Shown: positions 1 through 15,005, numbered from the stretch's first letter. The stretch is DNA of 64,000 bases from the human T2T-CHM13v2.0 reference genome, Homo sapiens (GCF_009914755.1 NC_060932.1), one strand, 5' to 3'. Made by a program: numbers and translations. The notes: generated from the letters alone by a model not told the origin.

Positions 1-2123
1 TCTTGATCCTTGAACTATTAGTGGGATAGACTCTTATCTGATGGCTTCAAGAAGGGCCTGGTTTGCTTGTGGTGGCCAAAAAGGCCTTAATTGATACTGC
101 AAATAGTTAATTTATGACCCCAGGTTAAACTGGAAACCTGATTTCTTGACTAGCATATTTAAGAGCTATTTCTTTTTTTCTCTTTGTCAATAGATCATAT
201 TTAGTTATGCTGATCTGTTCTATTCATCCACTTTACCTTTGTGTAATAAAGTCTTTGAAAGTATTGCCTTTATATTTTCTCCTATTATTGAATAATATTA
301 CCCATGAGATCAGAAAATATTAACAGTACCTCAAAGGTCATTTGTTTTTCCTGTCATCTAAAAACGGAAGAGTACATATTTAAAAATTGTGCTTCCAGGG
401 ATTGGAATAGTCATGGATGTTAGGAGAAAGATTGAAAAGGGGCAAATCTGCTCCCAGGTCTTCTGGAAAAGCCAATGTCATGACTGTGTATTATTCTGAT
501 AGGTGCAAGGTTGAGCCAGGGCAGGAGCCAAGATTGAAGATAAACTCTAGCTGGGATGTGGGTCACAAAATAGCCACTGCTGAGCTCCCTGGAAGGAATG
601 TAGTTGACTCAGTTATGGGACAGTCTGGACTCCTTTCTCAGCTGTTTTCAAGATGCAGTGTGAGATGACATAAGGCGAAGTGTTGAGAACCCCAGTCTAG
701 GGTCATATCCTGTGTTTAAAAATGTAGTTAAGAGGTTGGGGGCATGAATAGAGAAACTACCACTCAGAGGAGAGTGTACATACCCAGATGCACCATCCTT
801 GGGCTCCTTTTACACCCTGCCAAGCTAGGTCCTCATGTTTATCCTGATTTTGATGTCAGACAGTCTCCTTTTATTTTCAGGGGGTCATAGATTCAGTTTT
901 GCTTTCCATGCTTTTTCCTGAAAGTGTGCCACAGTGTTACTATACCTTTCCCCAAAGTGAGTCAGATGTGCTGACCATCAGAATACCAAAGTGGTGGTTC
1001 CCATAGCAGCCAGAACCACATGGAAGCAAACAATAAAATACCAACACTGTTCTCAAACCCAGTGGAGAACCACGGTCCCTAGAGTGAATTGAGGGTGTAT
1101 TCAAAACACTGTGCCTTTCTAAGTTGACATTTCTTTTCCAAACTGAAAGAGTTGTACCTCCTTCTCTGAAGGCATCTTCACTAAGTGAATATTAGAGCCA
1201 CACAGATTTTCCATGAAAGGACTCTCTTAAGTTTCCTCTTGCATGCTCGATTATGGCTAGGATGACGTTATATGGTGGACTCACATATAAGACCCTTTTG
1301 TGGACTTTCAAAGTAAAGCCAGATGTTAGCTGCTGCTTCCACAGAGACTAAATGAGGTTTCAGGTAAATCAGATATATGCATGATTATAAAATTGCATGG
1401 TCCATTTCATTGAAATCTGCACTGGTGCAGAACATGATCTCCACGGCACAACCTTAAAATATTGAGCTGAACATTTACCTGGAAATATTTTAAACTTACA
1501 TAGAATCATATTTGGGTGAAATAATTATAAGGACTCACCAGTTTTAGAATATTTACCTTTGGAACAAGGAGAAAGAAGAAGCACATGTTCTTACCAATAG
1601 AACCAAAAATTATCTTTTTGATTCTGTGTAAATAAAACCCAGAAGACATTAACAACATGGTAGGAAACAAGTAGGAAAATTTCCGAACAGATACATTTGC
1701 ATGCACACTAGGGAGACAGCATAGCTTAGGAGTGAAGAGTATAAACTCTGGGGACAGGCAGATATGGCAGTGGTGCCACTTTGACAAGCTTGTTACTTTA
1801 ACATCTCAAAGCCTGGACTACCTTCCTTTAAGAGGGCCATTGTACTGATAACATGAGTTCCCAGTTGATGAACGTTTACTGTGAGAGAGGCACTATATAA
1901 AACAGTTTACATTCATTACCTCATTTAATCCTCAAAACCACTTTATAAAGTAGTACTATTATTATCCAATTATGATTTAGGGAACTGTGGTAGAGATTGC
2001 TTAAGTTGTGCAAGAACCTCACAGTTGACCTGTAGATCAAGCAGTTACTAAGCGTCGGATATATATTAGAACTTAATAAATAATACCTATCATGAGATTG
2101 GATGTTTTGTATAATGTGTGTCA

Positions 2124-2430
2124 TTACCAGAGGCCAGGAAGGGTAGTGGGGAGAAAGGATGAAGATAGGTTGCTTAATGGGTACAAATATACAGTTTGAT
2201 AGAAGAAATGAGACCTAATGTTTGATAGATCAGTAGGGTGACTATAGTTTACAATATTCTATAGTATATTTCAAAATAGCTAGAAGAGAATAATTCAAAT
2301 GTGTTTAGTATAAAGAAAAATATTAAAGATAATACAATTTGATTTTTATAAATTATATGAATGTATTAAAACAGCACATGTACCCCACAAATATGTTCAT
2401 CTATTAAGTATATATTTTAATAATACATAA
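2124..2430 (+). mobile_element. L1MA-type 3' end fragment
   Basis: TTACCAGAGGC..GGAAGGG; AATGGGTACAAA; AGGGTGACTATAGTT; TATTTCAAAATAGCTAGAAGAG; CACATGTACCCC. Confidence 0.8.
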
Positions 2431-5400
2431 ATACAACTGTCTTTTATTTTGAGATGGAGTTTTACAAACTTTTTTTCTCATTTTCACATCTCAATGTTAA
2501 GTCCCGGAAATTGATATTCTCCCCAACAAGAAACAAGCAGTAGGTCCTCAAAATAGAGTTATTCTGTGCTAATTTTTCTCTACCTAGAGTTATCATTAGA
2601 TATCAAGGAAGAGTTTTATATTTACAAAGTTGATTTATGCAGCTCTAAAATTGCTTGTCTCACCTCCAAACTTTTTATACTTTTTTTTTGCTGTTTTTGC
2701 GAAGGCATTTCACCATTGGTTTATAAAGACTTAGTCTCTCATCTGTCATGGAGAAAGTATAGAGCAAAATTTCTTTGGGGAGAATTTCTTCCAGTGAAAA
2801 AGAAAGCCTAAAAATGAATCTGAACTATTCAAACATCCATGAATATTTTAAAAGAAAATATTAGGATCCTGTATTTATTCACACATGAAGATACACACAT
2901 TTTCCTGAAAGTCAGACAAGAGCCTCAATTCTGACAGTTTCTGCAGAGATGAAAAAAAATAAATGCATATAAAGTCATGATACAGTGAACACTCTAATAA
3001 GCCTTATTGTTTCATGCCAGATAAAATAAAAGTGAGTTGATTGGGAAAGAATTCTTATGAACGCCAGCATCATCAAGAAATAGGTTAAAAGATCTTGTAG
3101 TGAAATGAGAGCCAAAACAGATAATCACAGACTTACATAAATAATAATCTGTCCTTTATATTGTGGTTGTGGCCCATAAATCTTGATCCATTTTTCTGGC
3201 AACGGGGCTGAATGTGCTCTGACCCCTCACAGTCTTGCCTGGACCACCTTGTGATGAGGGTTGGGAATTCATGGACAATGGGTGGAGTTTGAATGAAATC
3301 CAGAACATGAATCAGGGGCACAACTTGCTGGTTCAAATCATGTCCTAGCCATGGTGCCATGAGTCTCTAACAAAATGAGTTACTGCAGGAAACTGACAGC
3401 TCCCATGCAACTTTATTTCCAGAGTTTCAAAGGATATTTCATTTACCTTTATTGAACTTATTCTTCTAAAACGATTGCTCCTGTTAGGGCCGACATTCAA
3501 CAAATATGTGCTGAGACACCAGTGTTTCTTCTGAATATGGGGTCTGTGCATTACAGGCCAGTAAATACTTTCAATCCCACCCATAGTGATTGCATAGTGC
3601 AGAGTAACCCAATAGCTCACTATGTCTATCAAAAGCCTGAAAGTATATTACATTTTGGAAAGGTCTATGCATAATCAGATATTCAGAATTTAATGTCAAA
3701 AACTGGTTTTGCTGTGTCCACTTAGAGATGAGATTTTTAATTTTTTGCTTTACAGACAAATCTCCAGAATTTCAAGTTGAGTATTGGTAAATGATTCTTA
3801 CATGAAGGCACAGGCTTCCATTGTCAAAGAAATGGTTTAAATCTTCTATGACTATAGGATCTACCTGCCTAAGCCAATCCCTGTGTTTTGGGAGAATCTA
3901 GGCTTCCTAAAAGTTTTCAAGCATACATTTAGACATCATAGTTTTGAAAAGCTTCCAATACATTTGCCAAGTGCCCCCCTCAATATTTGAATACATTTAA
4001 GGGAAATCTAATCCATATGTTTCTGACTCATTTACATTTGAATCATAAGTATATTATTTTCTAAGGGTCATTTAATGTCCAACAGCTTTTGTGACATGCG
4101 TTATATATATATATATATTTATTTAGATCTTTCCTCAAATATACAAAATAGGTACAATTCTAGTTCAGTTTTTCTGTTTTTTAGTTCATCCTAAATTTGG
4201 CCAAGAGTGTTCCCTACATATTCCCCATTTGTTATGTTAACTTCAGAAGCATGCCAACTTTTCATTCTTTTACTATATAATTATTAACTTTAGTGCCATT
4301 GTGGTTCCTCTTAATTCATTCCACACGTTGCGTATCCTCTGGAGACCTTTATTTTTCAAGTATCTTTAAGCTTAGGTCATTTGGGGCTTAAGGAGTAAAA
4401 GAAATGGGGTGGGGGCAATTCTGCTTTTTTTGGAATGTGAATAACTTTTCAGCAAATAATTTTTTAAAAGGCATATGTACTGTGTGATCCATATCCAGCT
4501 CTGAATTCTTTTATCTTCATTTTGAAAACAAATAAATAAAATTCCAGACAGCACAATCATTCTAGGAAAATTCTTCAAGGAGGCCAACCGACATTAATGC
4601 AGTCCTTGAATTTAAGGTGATTTGAATAGGAATCCGCCGTTTCCAAGGTGCTCATGTATAAAGACGATTGAAAGACTGGAAACTCGGAAACACTAGTATT
4701 ACACATTGCTGTACGCCTGCCAAAAGCTTGTATTTTTTTAGCAAATATTATTTTTTCACTTTCTCCAAAAAGTTCATCTTGTTTAATGCATTTCAGCAAT
4801 GACCATAGATATGCTTTTATTTCTCTCTGAAAATATTTCTATTAATTGCTTCCACGTGTTGGCATTCACACTGATGTAAAGTTGTCTTTGCTATGATGCA
4901 CTCAGTTGTTTACATTGACATGAAATTTTAAATACCCTATTTTTTCCTTACATTTATTTAAGAGCTTCATACAGTTGATATAGTAAAATTGCCATCAGAT
5001 TTATAGATCTATCTTGAGAGATAAAATGGAGCCCAAGAACCTTCAGAAAAATAATTATTGTTGGCCCCATGAGATATTTCATGCATCTGTATATTACCTG
5101 GCAAACACTCTTTCAATGCATATTTAGCATGGGGTATAATTAACATGTGGGAAGAATACCTAGGCTCCATTAAACTATTTAACTCAATATTTTAAAAATA
5201 ATTTTCCTATTCCTAAAGCATCTATAATTATTCAAATATATCCATGAGGGTTTATTTTGGTTAAGAGGCATTCAAAGTTTATTACAGGATAAAATAACTG
5301 AGACTATGTCTACATAATAGACTCATTGTAGTTTTATGTGTGAGTTTGCAGTAACTTGTGGTAGACAAAATGAATGGCATGATCAAAGAAATGGTTGGTG

Positions 5401-7339
5401 TATGTGGCCTTGTCTTTGCAACTAAATGGTTTGTTTGTCCCACCCCAGGAGCCATTTCATCAGCCCATGCAGTTGACTGATGGCATCTCGGGACTTTCCT
5501 TCCTAGTCTTCTCATGCTGGATTCTGTTCCACTCACTTTCTTACCACTCGTTCCAGTGTTATCTCTCACCCTCTCTGTTGCATTAAGACAACCAACTCCC
5601 TTTCATAGTTCCCACCAACATATACAAGGACATTGGCTTGTGTATATCTTTGTACTCATAAAGAAATGTGGGCCAATATTTGAAAGAAATCATAGCAATT
5701 GAGAAGAAATTTGCTTTATTTTCCATAAATGATCCCATTTGGAGAACATAGGAAACATTCAGCAATCAATAAAATCCTATGATTATAATGTTTTGAATAC
5801 CTAAGTATGCTTTGGAGAATAAACTTCTCAGCTCGAATCTGCACTGTGTAATTCACTTCTATGGGTTGAGTGCTTCAAGGAGACACACACAAAAGGTTTG
5901 TCTACCTTTAATAGCTGTAGTGCTTAAATGTGAATGACACATCAAAGAAACAAACACTAAAATGAGCAGTGCTGGTAATTGCTAATTCTATATTTAAATC
6001 CATGTTTTAAAATCCTGCTCTTGTCTTAGAGATGAAAATTGCTGCTTTGATTCCTACTTCAAGTCAGGGAAATAAAATGAACATTTTGGTAGCATTGGAT
6101 AGTGCAGAGAAAATCTCCAAGCAGAAGCCAACTAACTCCCATGGAGTTAACACTCCAAATAGCTGTTTCTTAAGGGCCATGGTTAAATGTTCAGTGTTTA
6201 TGTCCTGGAATCCTGACTCTGCCATTGCCTGGTACACAGTCTTGAGGATGTCACTTGGATACCAAAGAACCATGAAAAAGTAATATGTTGATCTGCAAAG
6301 TGTAAATAAATAAGAAAACGTGATTGAAATTTTCTTTAACATATCTGAAGAAAAATAAAAGCAAAGGGAATATTGAAATGAAATGAATGTGTTTATAGAA
6401 AGAAGTATTTATGGTATCAGATAATATTGTTTAAAAGTAGGAAAAGTCTTAGAAATGACACCCAATCCCCCCCAAAGTCAGATAAACTAATTTATTTTTT
6501 GCTAATGTGAAAGTGCCTACTGATGTACACCTCTCCCACATAAAGTAAATTTTTGATGAGCAATTGCTAGATATTGACCAAGAGTCAAAGCTTATGAAAT
6601 AGGAAGTTCAGGGACCATAGCCTTGTCCTCAGGGATGTGAGTGCTCCAGGATAACAGGCATCAGCCCACATCAGAGACCACCTCATGAACACCTGCCCCA
6701 GGACATGTGATTACATGATTTGTCTAATACACCTCCCTAAAGTTTCTGATGTTGACACTAGTGGACTTAACAAACATTCCTTCTAGCATTGTTTCAATAT
6801 AGCAACAAATAGAGTTAGAGTACCTGGAACATAATGAATCCAAGAATGGGGGAGCAATTCAAGGTCATGGGAAAAAATAGATTTAGAGGCAAAAGGCTCC
6901 AGGTTGCTCCTTACTGCATAACCTTGGATTAGTTATTGTAATTCACTGGGCTTTGAATTCCTTAGTTTTAAAATGGGAATGATATTATTCCCCATGGGAG
7001 GATTAAAGTTCTCTGTGTACTAATAAAGCATCATACAGTTGTCAAGCACTGATATTTATTTGCTTAACATTTTTTGTGAGATCTGTTATAAACCAAGCAA
7101 AGCATTATTGAGATGCTGTCTCAGCAATGAATAAAATCTGTAGTTCCCAAAACTCAAAGAACTTAAAGGCAGTATAGTGAAGATTATAAGCGAGCAAATA
7201 GGCAATTTCAATAAAATAGGCTATGAAAGATACACAAAGTTATTAGCTAATACACTTAGGGCTGGAACTGCCTTTATTTAGAAAAAACACCTTAAGGATG
7301 AGGAGAGAAAAAAGTAATGAGCTAGCAGGAGCCTATTCC

Positions 7340-7880
7340 TTGAACACGTATTTAAATGAGAGCCTACTATATTCTAGACCCTCCTAACCCTTGGGACCTA
7401 TCAGTAAACAAATCCCAACATCTTGTTGCCATGGAGCTTACAATCTAGTGAAGGGAGACAGATGACCATAGACAATAATTTAGAGGGCGAAAATCCTGGA
7501 AGTGTACATATGTGTGTGTGTTCATTAAGGATGGTTAGTGTAGGACTCACTGAAAAGGATACATTTGAGGAAAGCCATGCAGGATGTGAGGAAATTAGTT
7601 ATACAGCAATTTTACAAATAGTGTTTCAGGAAGAGGCACCAACCAGCCCAAACATCTAAAGTGGATGCAAGCCTTCACCTCTTAGAATAGCAGGGAGACA
7701 AGTATCTAGAGTAGAGGGAGTAATGTAGGGAGGTGTGGAAGGTGAGGCCTGAGAGGTGATAACTCCCTGTGCTCAGAACTCACCAGCCTGTAAGGATTTG
7801 ACTTCTATGCTGAGTGAGACACAGAGTTTTGAGTAGATGGAATCACGACTGTGTTTGAAAAGGATCACTCTGACTAACAA
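7340..7880 (-). mobile_element. L2 fragment
   Basis: CCATGGAGCTTACAATCTAGTG.AGGGAGACAG; TCACTGAAAAGG.TACATTTGAG; AAAGGATCACTCTG. Confidence 0.65.
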
Positions 7881-8674
7881 GACATCCTTTTAAAATAAAA
7901 GGAAAAAAGAAACTGGGATTTCAACGGGGAAAGGAAGACAATGAGGAAGAGGCAATGAGAGAAAGCAGTCCGACTCCATGAAAGGAGACTGGAGCCTTCC
8001 CAGAGAAAAGTGAGACATTTCCTGCAAGGGTTGGAGGCCAAAGGACTTTTAGTCCGGGGATGTTTAATCATTGGATTTACAAATTGCTTCTGTTACTATG
8101 AGATAACCCTCTAACACCTCTGTAAATTCTTCATAAATTCAAATACTCTCATGTACCCTTCTATGTGGGGAATAAAGAATTATGCCACATCCCATGGTTT
8201 CCCACTCCCCTAGTGCCCATGCAAGTGAGAGGCATCTGCCATAGGAAAGAGTGGTCCAGGGTTGCAGGAAATAGTGACCAGAAGTGGAGCTAAAAGTGAA
8301 GCAGAGAAGTCGCTGTAGAGAGAGGTGGCCAGAGAATGAGGGGAGGTGGCCCTCTGACAGGTATTACAGTAACTACAACCGATGGAGCCTCAAGGTGCCA
8401 AGGGAGTGCCATATAGGAGAACCTACTGTGGTCAGGAAAGGCATGTGTTAGGAAGTGACTTCTCAGTGAATACTTAAGAATAGGTAGGCTAGGGGGTGGA
8501 GTGAGAGACTGCAGGTTGCAGCCGGGAGGGCCAGCCTGTGCTTGAGCCCAGGCATGGTTGCCAACCCCATGGTCAGAAGATCCATGATAGTTTATGGTCT
8601 GGCTGGAGAGCAGAGAGTGAGGGGAAGTAGCAGGAGAGATAAACTGGGGCCAGATAGAGATGAATGCTTTAAGC

Positions 8675-8813
8675 CAAGCATGGTTTTGAATGTGGCCATG
8701 ACTTTTTTTTAGCTCATCAGCTATCGTTAGTGTTAGTGTATTTTATGCGTGGCCCAAGGCAATTATTCTTCTCCCAATGTGGCCCAGGGAAGCCAAAAGA
8801 TTGAGCATCCCTG
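8675..8813 (-). mobile_element. MER30 (hAT-Charlie MITE), internally deleted, inside an L2 fragment
   Basis: TTAGCTCATCAGCTATCGTTAGTGTTAGTGTATTTTATGCGTGGCCCAAG...GGGAAGCCAAAAGATTG..CCCTG; 8-bp TSD CTTTAAGC at 8667-8674 and 8814-8821. Confidence 0.85.
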
Positions 8814-11800
8814 CTTTAAGCCATGCTCTGTTTGTACTTTATCCTCATGGCCAAACTGAGACATTGACATGTTTAAGCAGGGGGTTGACAATCCTTTAGA
8901 AAGCTCACTTGGGCTAAAAACAGTTTGTTATTGAAGTTTGAGGTCAATAGAAGCTCTATGGACCTTAGGAGGCAGCTCAGCATTATTCCACTAGACTCAT
9001 GGGGGAGGCCACCACTGAACAAACACCTACATTTTTAAGGTACTTCTGATTCTTATAACCATTAAATAAAATAGAACACGAAAAATGGCATTGCATGAGT
9101 TATTTTAATTGCAAAATGATTTGGGAAACTAATGAGTCCTTCCTCAATGCAGAGTCTTCTATGGTTAAAGAATTTTTTTTTTAACCACTTGATTAATCGT
9201 TAATACTACTATTTATATCTACTCAATTTCAAGAACAATGTATGCTAAGTGATAATAAATATAAATGATTCCATATTCTTCCTGGTCATCTTTAGGGGTG
9301 AGCCAAATTAATCAAATTCTCATTATGCTTTTCAGACATCTTAATAACATAGTGACTCTGAATAAATAACTTGTCATTAACTGACACATTTCTTCCTACT
9401 TCAAACAAAATATTGTATTGAGTGGCCATCCTTTAAAATCAATTCAAAACCCACTCCTGGACCACTCAGCATCCTTAGAACCTATCTGGCCTTCTGATGC
9501 TTCTTTAGCTGTGGCATCTGGCAGGGGCTGTTGGAGAGCCATGTTGTGGCGGCCAGAAGAGGAAGGGACAGAAGAGAGAAACAACTTGAGGTATGGACTG
9601 AGAAAAGAAAGATCGAATGACAAAGGAAATATGTTAACCTGCAAAGGGGATTTTGCTCAGGGTAGAGATAATTAAATTTGGCCCCAGCTGGGAAGAAGAG
9701 TTGTTCTGTGATTGTTATTCCATCAGATTGTGAAGTTACTCTTCTCTGGAGGTACATTTATGTTCCATTGGAAAAAATATATATTTATTCCACTAACCAT
9801 TCCACAGGACATGACTAATAAATAATAAATGGAAACAATAACTCCATTTGGTGCAATTTATTTCAGTGGGTCAAAGCACAGTTTTATTGCCTGCTGTTGA
9901 GAACACTGTGTTTGGAGTGTGTTCCTGTGCCTATTCATCAGGAGACAGGTACTGATATTGGCGGAAGAAGGGGACCAACAGGAACTAATCAATTCCACCC
10001 GCCGCGGTTTCTCCTGAGCTCTGTGGCTGCCAACGCACAGGCCGTGCTCAACATTCTGAAAGCCGAGGAAACCACAAGCCAACAAAGCCTCCTTTGCTCT
10101 TGCAGTTACACATCCTATAGGAGGACGGATTTCCTGGGGTTGGGGCACACCGCGACATTTACTGGTGAGAAGAAGCCGGGGGTGGCGCGGGCCTTGGTGA
10201 AGGCCTGGCATTGCTGATGGCTGAGCTAACTCCCTGGCGTCGCATTACTTGGAAAACAACCCTTCATTTTTCACTCCCCTGAAAATCGAGGGTGGTAATT
10301 CTTGGGCTCATTACCCTTGTGTGTAAAATATAGGAATGTGAGAATGTGCTGGAATAGGTTTCAAAGCCGTCGGACTTTCTGGTCTTGGTATCTGCTTGGG
10401 TGCCTGGCTGTGCCCTTAGAAAACCATTGCCTCATGTGCTCTGTGGGCATTGCGCTGGATAAGCACTGTGCTGCCTAGACTTGGGCAGACTTGGAGTGGC
10501 CAGATTGTAATACCGTCTGTCATCAAAACTGCTTACTAGAAGTATTTCTAGGCTAATTTTTGTTCAATTAAAAAGATTACAAAAGATATGTACATATAAA
10601 TATATATCTGTACATATAATAATAAATTTTTTCTATAATGTTCATAGAGGAAACTGGAAATCTACATAGCAGCAAGGTTAGAAATAGTGACTTCTGAGTA
10701 GTGGGATTTGGGTTAGCTGTACTTTCTACTATTGTAAGAATATGGACTCTGGGTTTGAGTTCAACCTCCATCACTTACTAAATAGCTGGCTGATTTTCGC
10801 TGTTGTTGAATTTCTCTAAATTTCAGCTTCTCCCTTTGTACAAATGAATAAATAAAAAGTATCCACTATTAAATGATACCAGATGAGGTTAGATGTATTA
10901 AAAGCTTAGTTCAGAGCAAGCACCCAATAAATGTTAGCTGTTGCTTATATTGTGCTATTATATTGATGCTGTTGTTGTTATCGATGCAATACATTTAGTG
11001 GATGAAATGAATAGAGTCATTTCCTTGGACCTGTGATTACCTGCTTACATGTGTCCTTCTTACACCCTGTGAGCCAGAGTTATCCCAGTAGCATTTCCCA
11101 ATAAGGGTGGGATGAATTTGTTCCAACCCCACCAACATCATTCACCAAACAGGCTGGGTCCATACTTTAAGACAATCATATCTTCTTGTTTTTGCTTTAA
11201 GTAAAAAGAAAATAATCTTGAGATCCTGGTGACTGGGCTGCTCACCAGGATCCTTTGAGTTCTCTTAAATTAGTAGGATTGTATTGAATGCCGTAGGCAA
11301 CTTAATAGGGAGTCTCAGCAGAGAATTCCAGAGTGAACGTTTCACTCTTATAATCAAGTCCTACATCTTTGTGAAACAGGAAGAAATAATCTCTAGCGCA
11401 AGAGTCTTGTAGTCTGAAAAACTCTGAAAAAAAAAAAAAACAGGTGAGAATTGCACACTTGGAAAAGATGTTTAGTTAGAATACTGGAAATCCCCATACT
11501 TTCACATGCATCAAAGCTGAGGCATTTAGGAAACGTTGTTAAAGATTTGGATTGGTCTCTAGGTATTTTGAGTTTCTTCACAAGGTTCAAGGTATTTTAC
11601 TTGAATCTCTTCTCTATAAAACCTTGTGTGGAAACATCTACCGATTGATAAGATTTCAGAAACCTCAAAAAGTCACGTCTTCGAAAAAATGGTTACCCCA
11701 CTCATCTGCCAAGATGTTGCCCTCCCCAACTCCAGCTGGTCTTAGATTCCCCAAGAGGAATCATTTTCCTGGACTAGCCACTGTCTCTAGAAAACTGACA

Positions 11801-14039
11801 TTTCTTCTGGAGAGAGTTAGGGTTCTAGCTTGAGGGCACTCTCACCTGGCTCTCTTTCCACTGGAATTCTGAAGTGGATAAATTCTGAAGTGAAGCTATC
11901 CTATCTCCATAACCCTTTGCAGTTTCCAAAACAATTCTAGTGATTTGACCTCTGCACATGTTGGAAGATGCAGAGAGTGAGGATATCATTGAAGCCAAAG
12001 CTGGTTAGACTTAGTGAGGGCAAGAAAAGAGAGTAAGCTCCAAGAGACTGGGCTTTAGACACTGGGAATATACAGGATGAGGGAAATGATAGTGAGGTAG
12101 AGGATAAAGCATGCCAAATATCACTGTGGGGTGATCTCCCCAAGGGAGTGGGGAGAACCAAAGCCTGTCCAAGATTACTTTTGTATTTTTGTCTCAAGTC
12201 AAATCTGCCTTATTAATAGGTTAGTTCAGGGAACCTCAGAGACCAGCCTGTCCAAGGTTCTCCGTGGGTTGTGTGTATCACAAAAGGCCTCACATGTTTC
12301 CCAGCATATTTCTAGGTATGCTGACGAGCTATCAGAGTGGGGCCCAGAAGTCTACCTTGTAAACAACATTGTAAACTTCTGATGCAGGTTGTCTGTGAAA
12401 AGCACTTTGAAAAATTCATCTATTCTAACCATCTCGTTATGAATGAAGAGACAGAAGCCCACAGAGATCACATGGCTTACTCTGGACAACATTGATAATC
12501 TGGTAGCAGAATGATCTGGAACCTAGGTATTTCTTACTGAAAATAGAGATCATTGCTGGAACTAGGTATTGCCTGCTGTGTACCATAGACTTTTCTAATT
12601 TCATGCCTCTATAAAAGTAATGGTGTCCATCATTAGAATGTGTGGTCTCTGTCTGCCACTGTGAGAGTAACGGGAATCCCTTGTATGTTTAATGACAAGC
12701 CAGAGATCTATGTCCAACAAAATATGGCAGAAATGAGATTCATGGACAAAGATTGGAACTGTGGCTATAGACTGTATTTGGAGATTCCTTCAGCTTTAAC
12801 CCTGCAAACTCAATGCTACATAAACAGAAGGCCCAGCTCCAGAATGGTCCGGATCTTAATCTCATTCCTGAACAAGGTAAGAGAGGAGAAATAACAGCCC
12901 ATTTGCACAACTGAAAGAGCAAGGGTCCATAGAGGCCTCTTGTCCCATGTCCTCTTCTCCTGGGATAAGCATCTCTACCCTGGAGGTGGCCAGAGAATCC
13001 TGTTCCAGTGGAACCTGCTGTGACAGGATCACTCCCCACGGCTGCCATCTGGTGCAGCAGCCTCACCGTCAGCTTCTCTCTAGGATGGACGTTTAGGTGA
13101 GATGACCCTGCAGGTCTTCCATTTAAAAACAAATTATGGTGTAAAACACTGTAGTCTTCAAACAAGACCATCAGGACATGACTTGAATCCTCCCAAATAT
13201 TTCACCACTACTGGAAGCTTCACAGCCAGGAGTGGCTTCCCCTCAGGCTGTCAGTGCCTTGACTGGGCTCCGCCAATGCCATCACATCACAGCCTGAGTG
13301 ATTCTGAGGGAAATGACCTTGAAGTCCATGGTGCTGCTCAAAGACCCATGGTGGCGGGGTCAGGCTTGCTCTTTGAAAGGTCTTCTGAAGGTACAGTGGG
13401 CAACTCATGGAGTCCTGAGATCCTGAGTTCCCAAATGAGAACATCATAGTCCGTGTCTGTGGACACATTTGACTCAATCCTCAAGGCCTTCAGTTTGCAC
13501 AGACTAGGTGAATTTTGTGAATTTGTTGTGTGTGGTAAGAATCTTCGTTCTTGACCTCTAGGGCTTTCTTGAGGGAAAACCTACATTGATGAATGTAAAA
13601 ATTCAAGAGTGCTATAATAAAACAAATGTGATTTTAAAAATACTTTATGGGGAGAAATACTCTAATTACAAATCAAATGGCTAAATAAAGTAGTCCAACA
13701 CGAAGCATTTCTGTCTCTTTTGCCCTCTCTCACACACATACATACACACAGTTTTAGCACAGCATCAGAAGTAAAACATAACTTAGCATCTCTTTGCCGT
13801 ACAGGTCTATAGACTTAACTCCTAGGCCACAGTCTTGTTTTCTTCCTTTCTTTGCTCCTCATTATAAAAATGTTTTAGAATATTCAGAGACTGATTTGCT
13901 CAGTTAGAGAGATTTCATCACAAAGGAAGAATATTTGGGTACCCAAAATCAGGGAGGGCGGCAAAGTTCCCATTCCTCTGTTCTTTCATTCACGTGTTCG
14001 TGTGTTCTTTGATTCTTCCACATGTGTTCATTCACCTAC

Positions 14040-15005
14040 TATCTGAGGTTTAAATGCCGAATTCCATTCTACAATTATCTCATCTTTCACCCTTAAATTG
14101 TCCTCTTTTCTGACATTGGCATTCTCTATTAACGGCATTAGTGTCTTTCACTTTTCCTGTTTCCTCATTAGCCACACCTTCCCACCACGACTGTATCCTT
14201 GCAAATCTAAGTAGTGATTAAATTATACACCCAACCACCCCTAAGCAGGGATCTTGGACTTCCCTTCGAATTCTCCATATAAGGCTGGCACCTGGTCAGA
14301 GCAGGTGTTTCATAAAGGTGGAATGAATGAATGATTCATTATCTAACTTCTCTCACATCTTTACCCTCTTTCTACCACCAGTGTCTTCATTCATGTCTGT
14401 CACACCGTCATATAGACCACTGAGGTTACCCACTGACACAGTCCCCCATCCCTACTTTCTTTCCACCGCCAGTTCATTCCATACACTGCCCTTTAAAGCA
14501 TTGGTCTCATCTTGTCTTGTCCCATTGTTCTCGTTACTCCTCATAAAGCCCAAAGTCCTAAACTTGGTATTCAAAACCCTTCACAATTTAGCCCTTCATC
14601 TCTTCAGTCCTTTCTCCTGCCACATCGCATCCTAAAACTGTTCTATCCAGTCCAGATGACAAACATGACCTTGCCAGTGTTTGAACCCTTCTCTCTGTCT
14701 AGAATGTTTCTCCTCAAACCCTCATTCCCACCCCATCTCATCCTATCCAAATTCCACACGCCTTTGAAGGCTAGTTTGTACAGACTCTTAATTAGTATTT
14801 TTCTCTGTCCTCTCAGAGTTAATTTTACTTACAGCACTCATCACCACATGCTTTCTTACATTCTGATTATTTGTTATCATATCATATTCTTCTCTACCAG
14901 GTGATAATCTCATTATGGGGAAAATTTGTTTCTCATTCGTCTTTCTCCTCCAATGGTTAACAAATGCCTTATACATTTTAGGCACCCAATAAATGATTCT
15001 GATGG
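14040..15005 (+). mobile_element. L2 fragments
   Basis: GAATGAATGAATGA L2 tail at about 14320; pyrimidine-rich L2 body; TAGGCACCCAATAAATG end. Confidence 0.55.

Noticed and set aside
5490-5499. Isolated perfect kB site GGGACTTTCC
   Set aside because: Single motif without a supporting cluster; insufficient evidence
9858-10217. Overlapping 117-aa and 106-aa ORFs
   Set aside because: No protein-like features or convincing exon structure; better explained by a GC-richer regulatory patch
11864-11892. AATTCTGAAGTG direct repeat (similar short duplications at 15176-15235 and 54718-54750)
   Set aside because: Two-copy slippage duplications; no spacer array, not CRISPR-like
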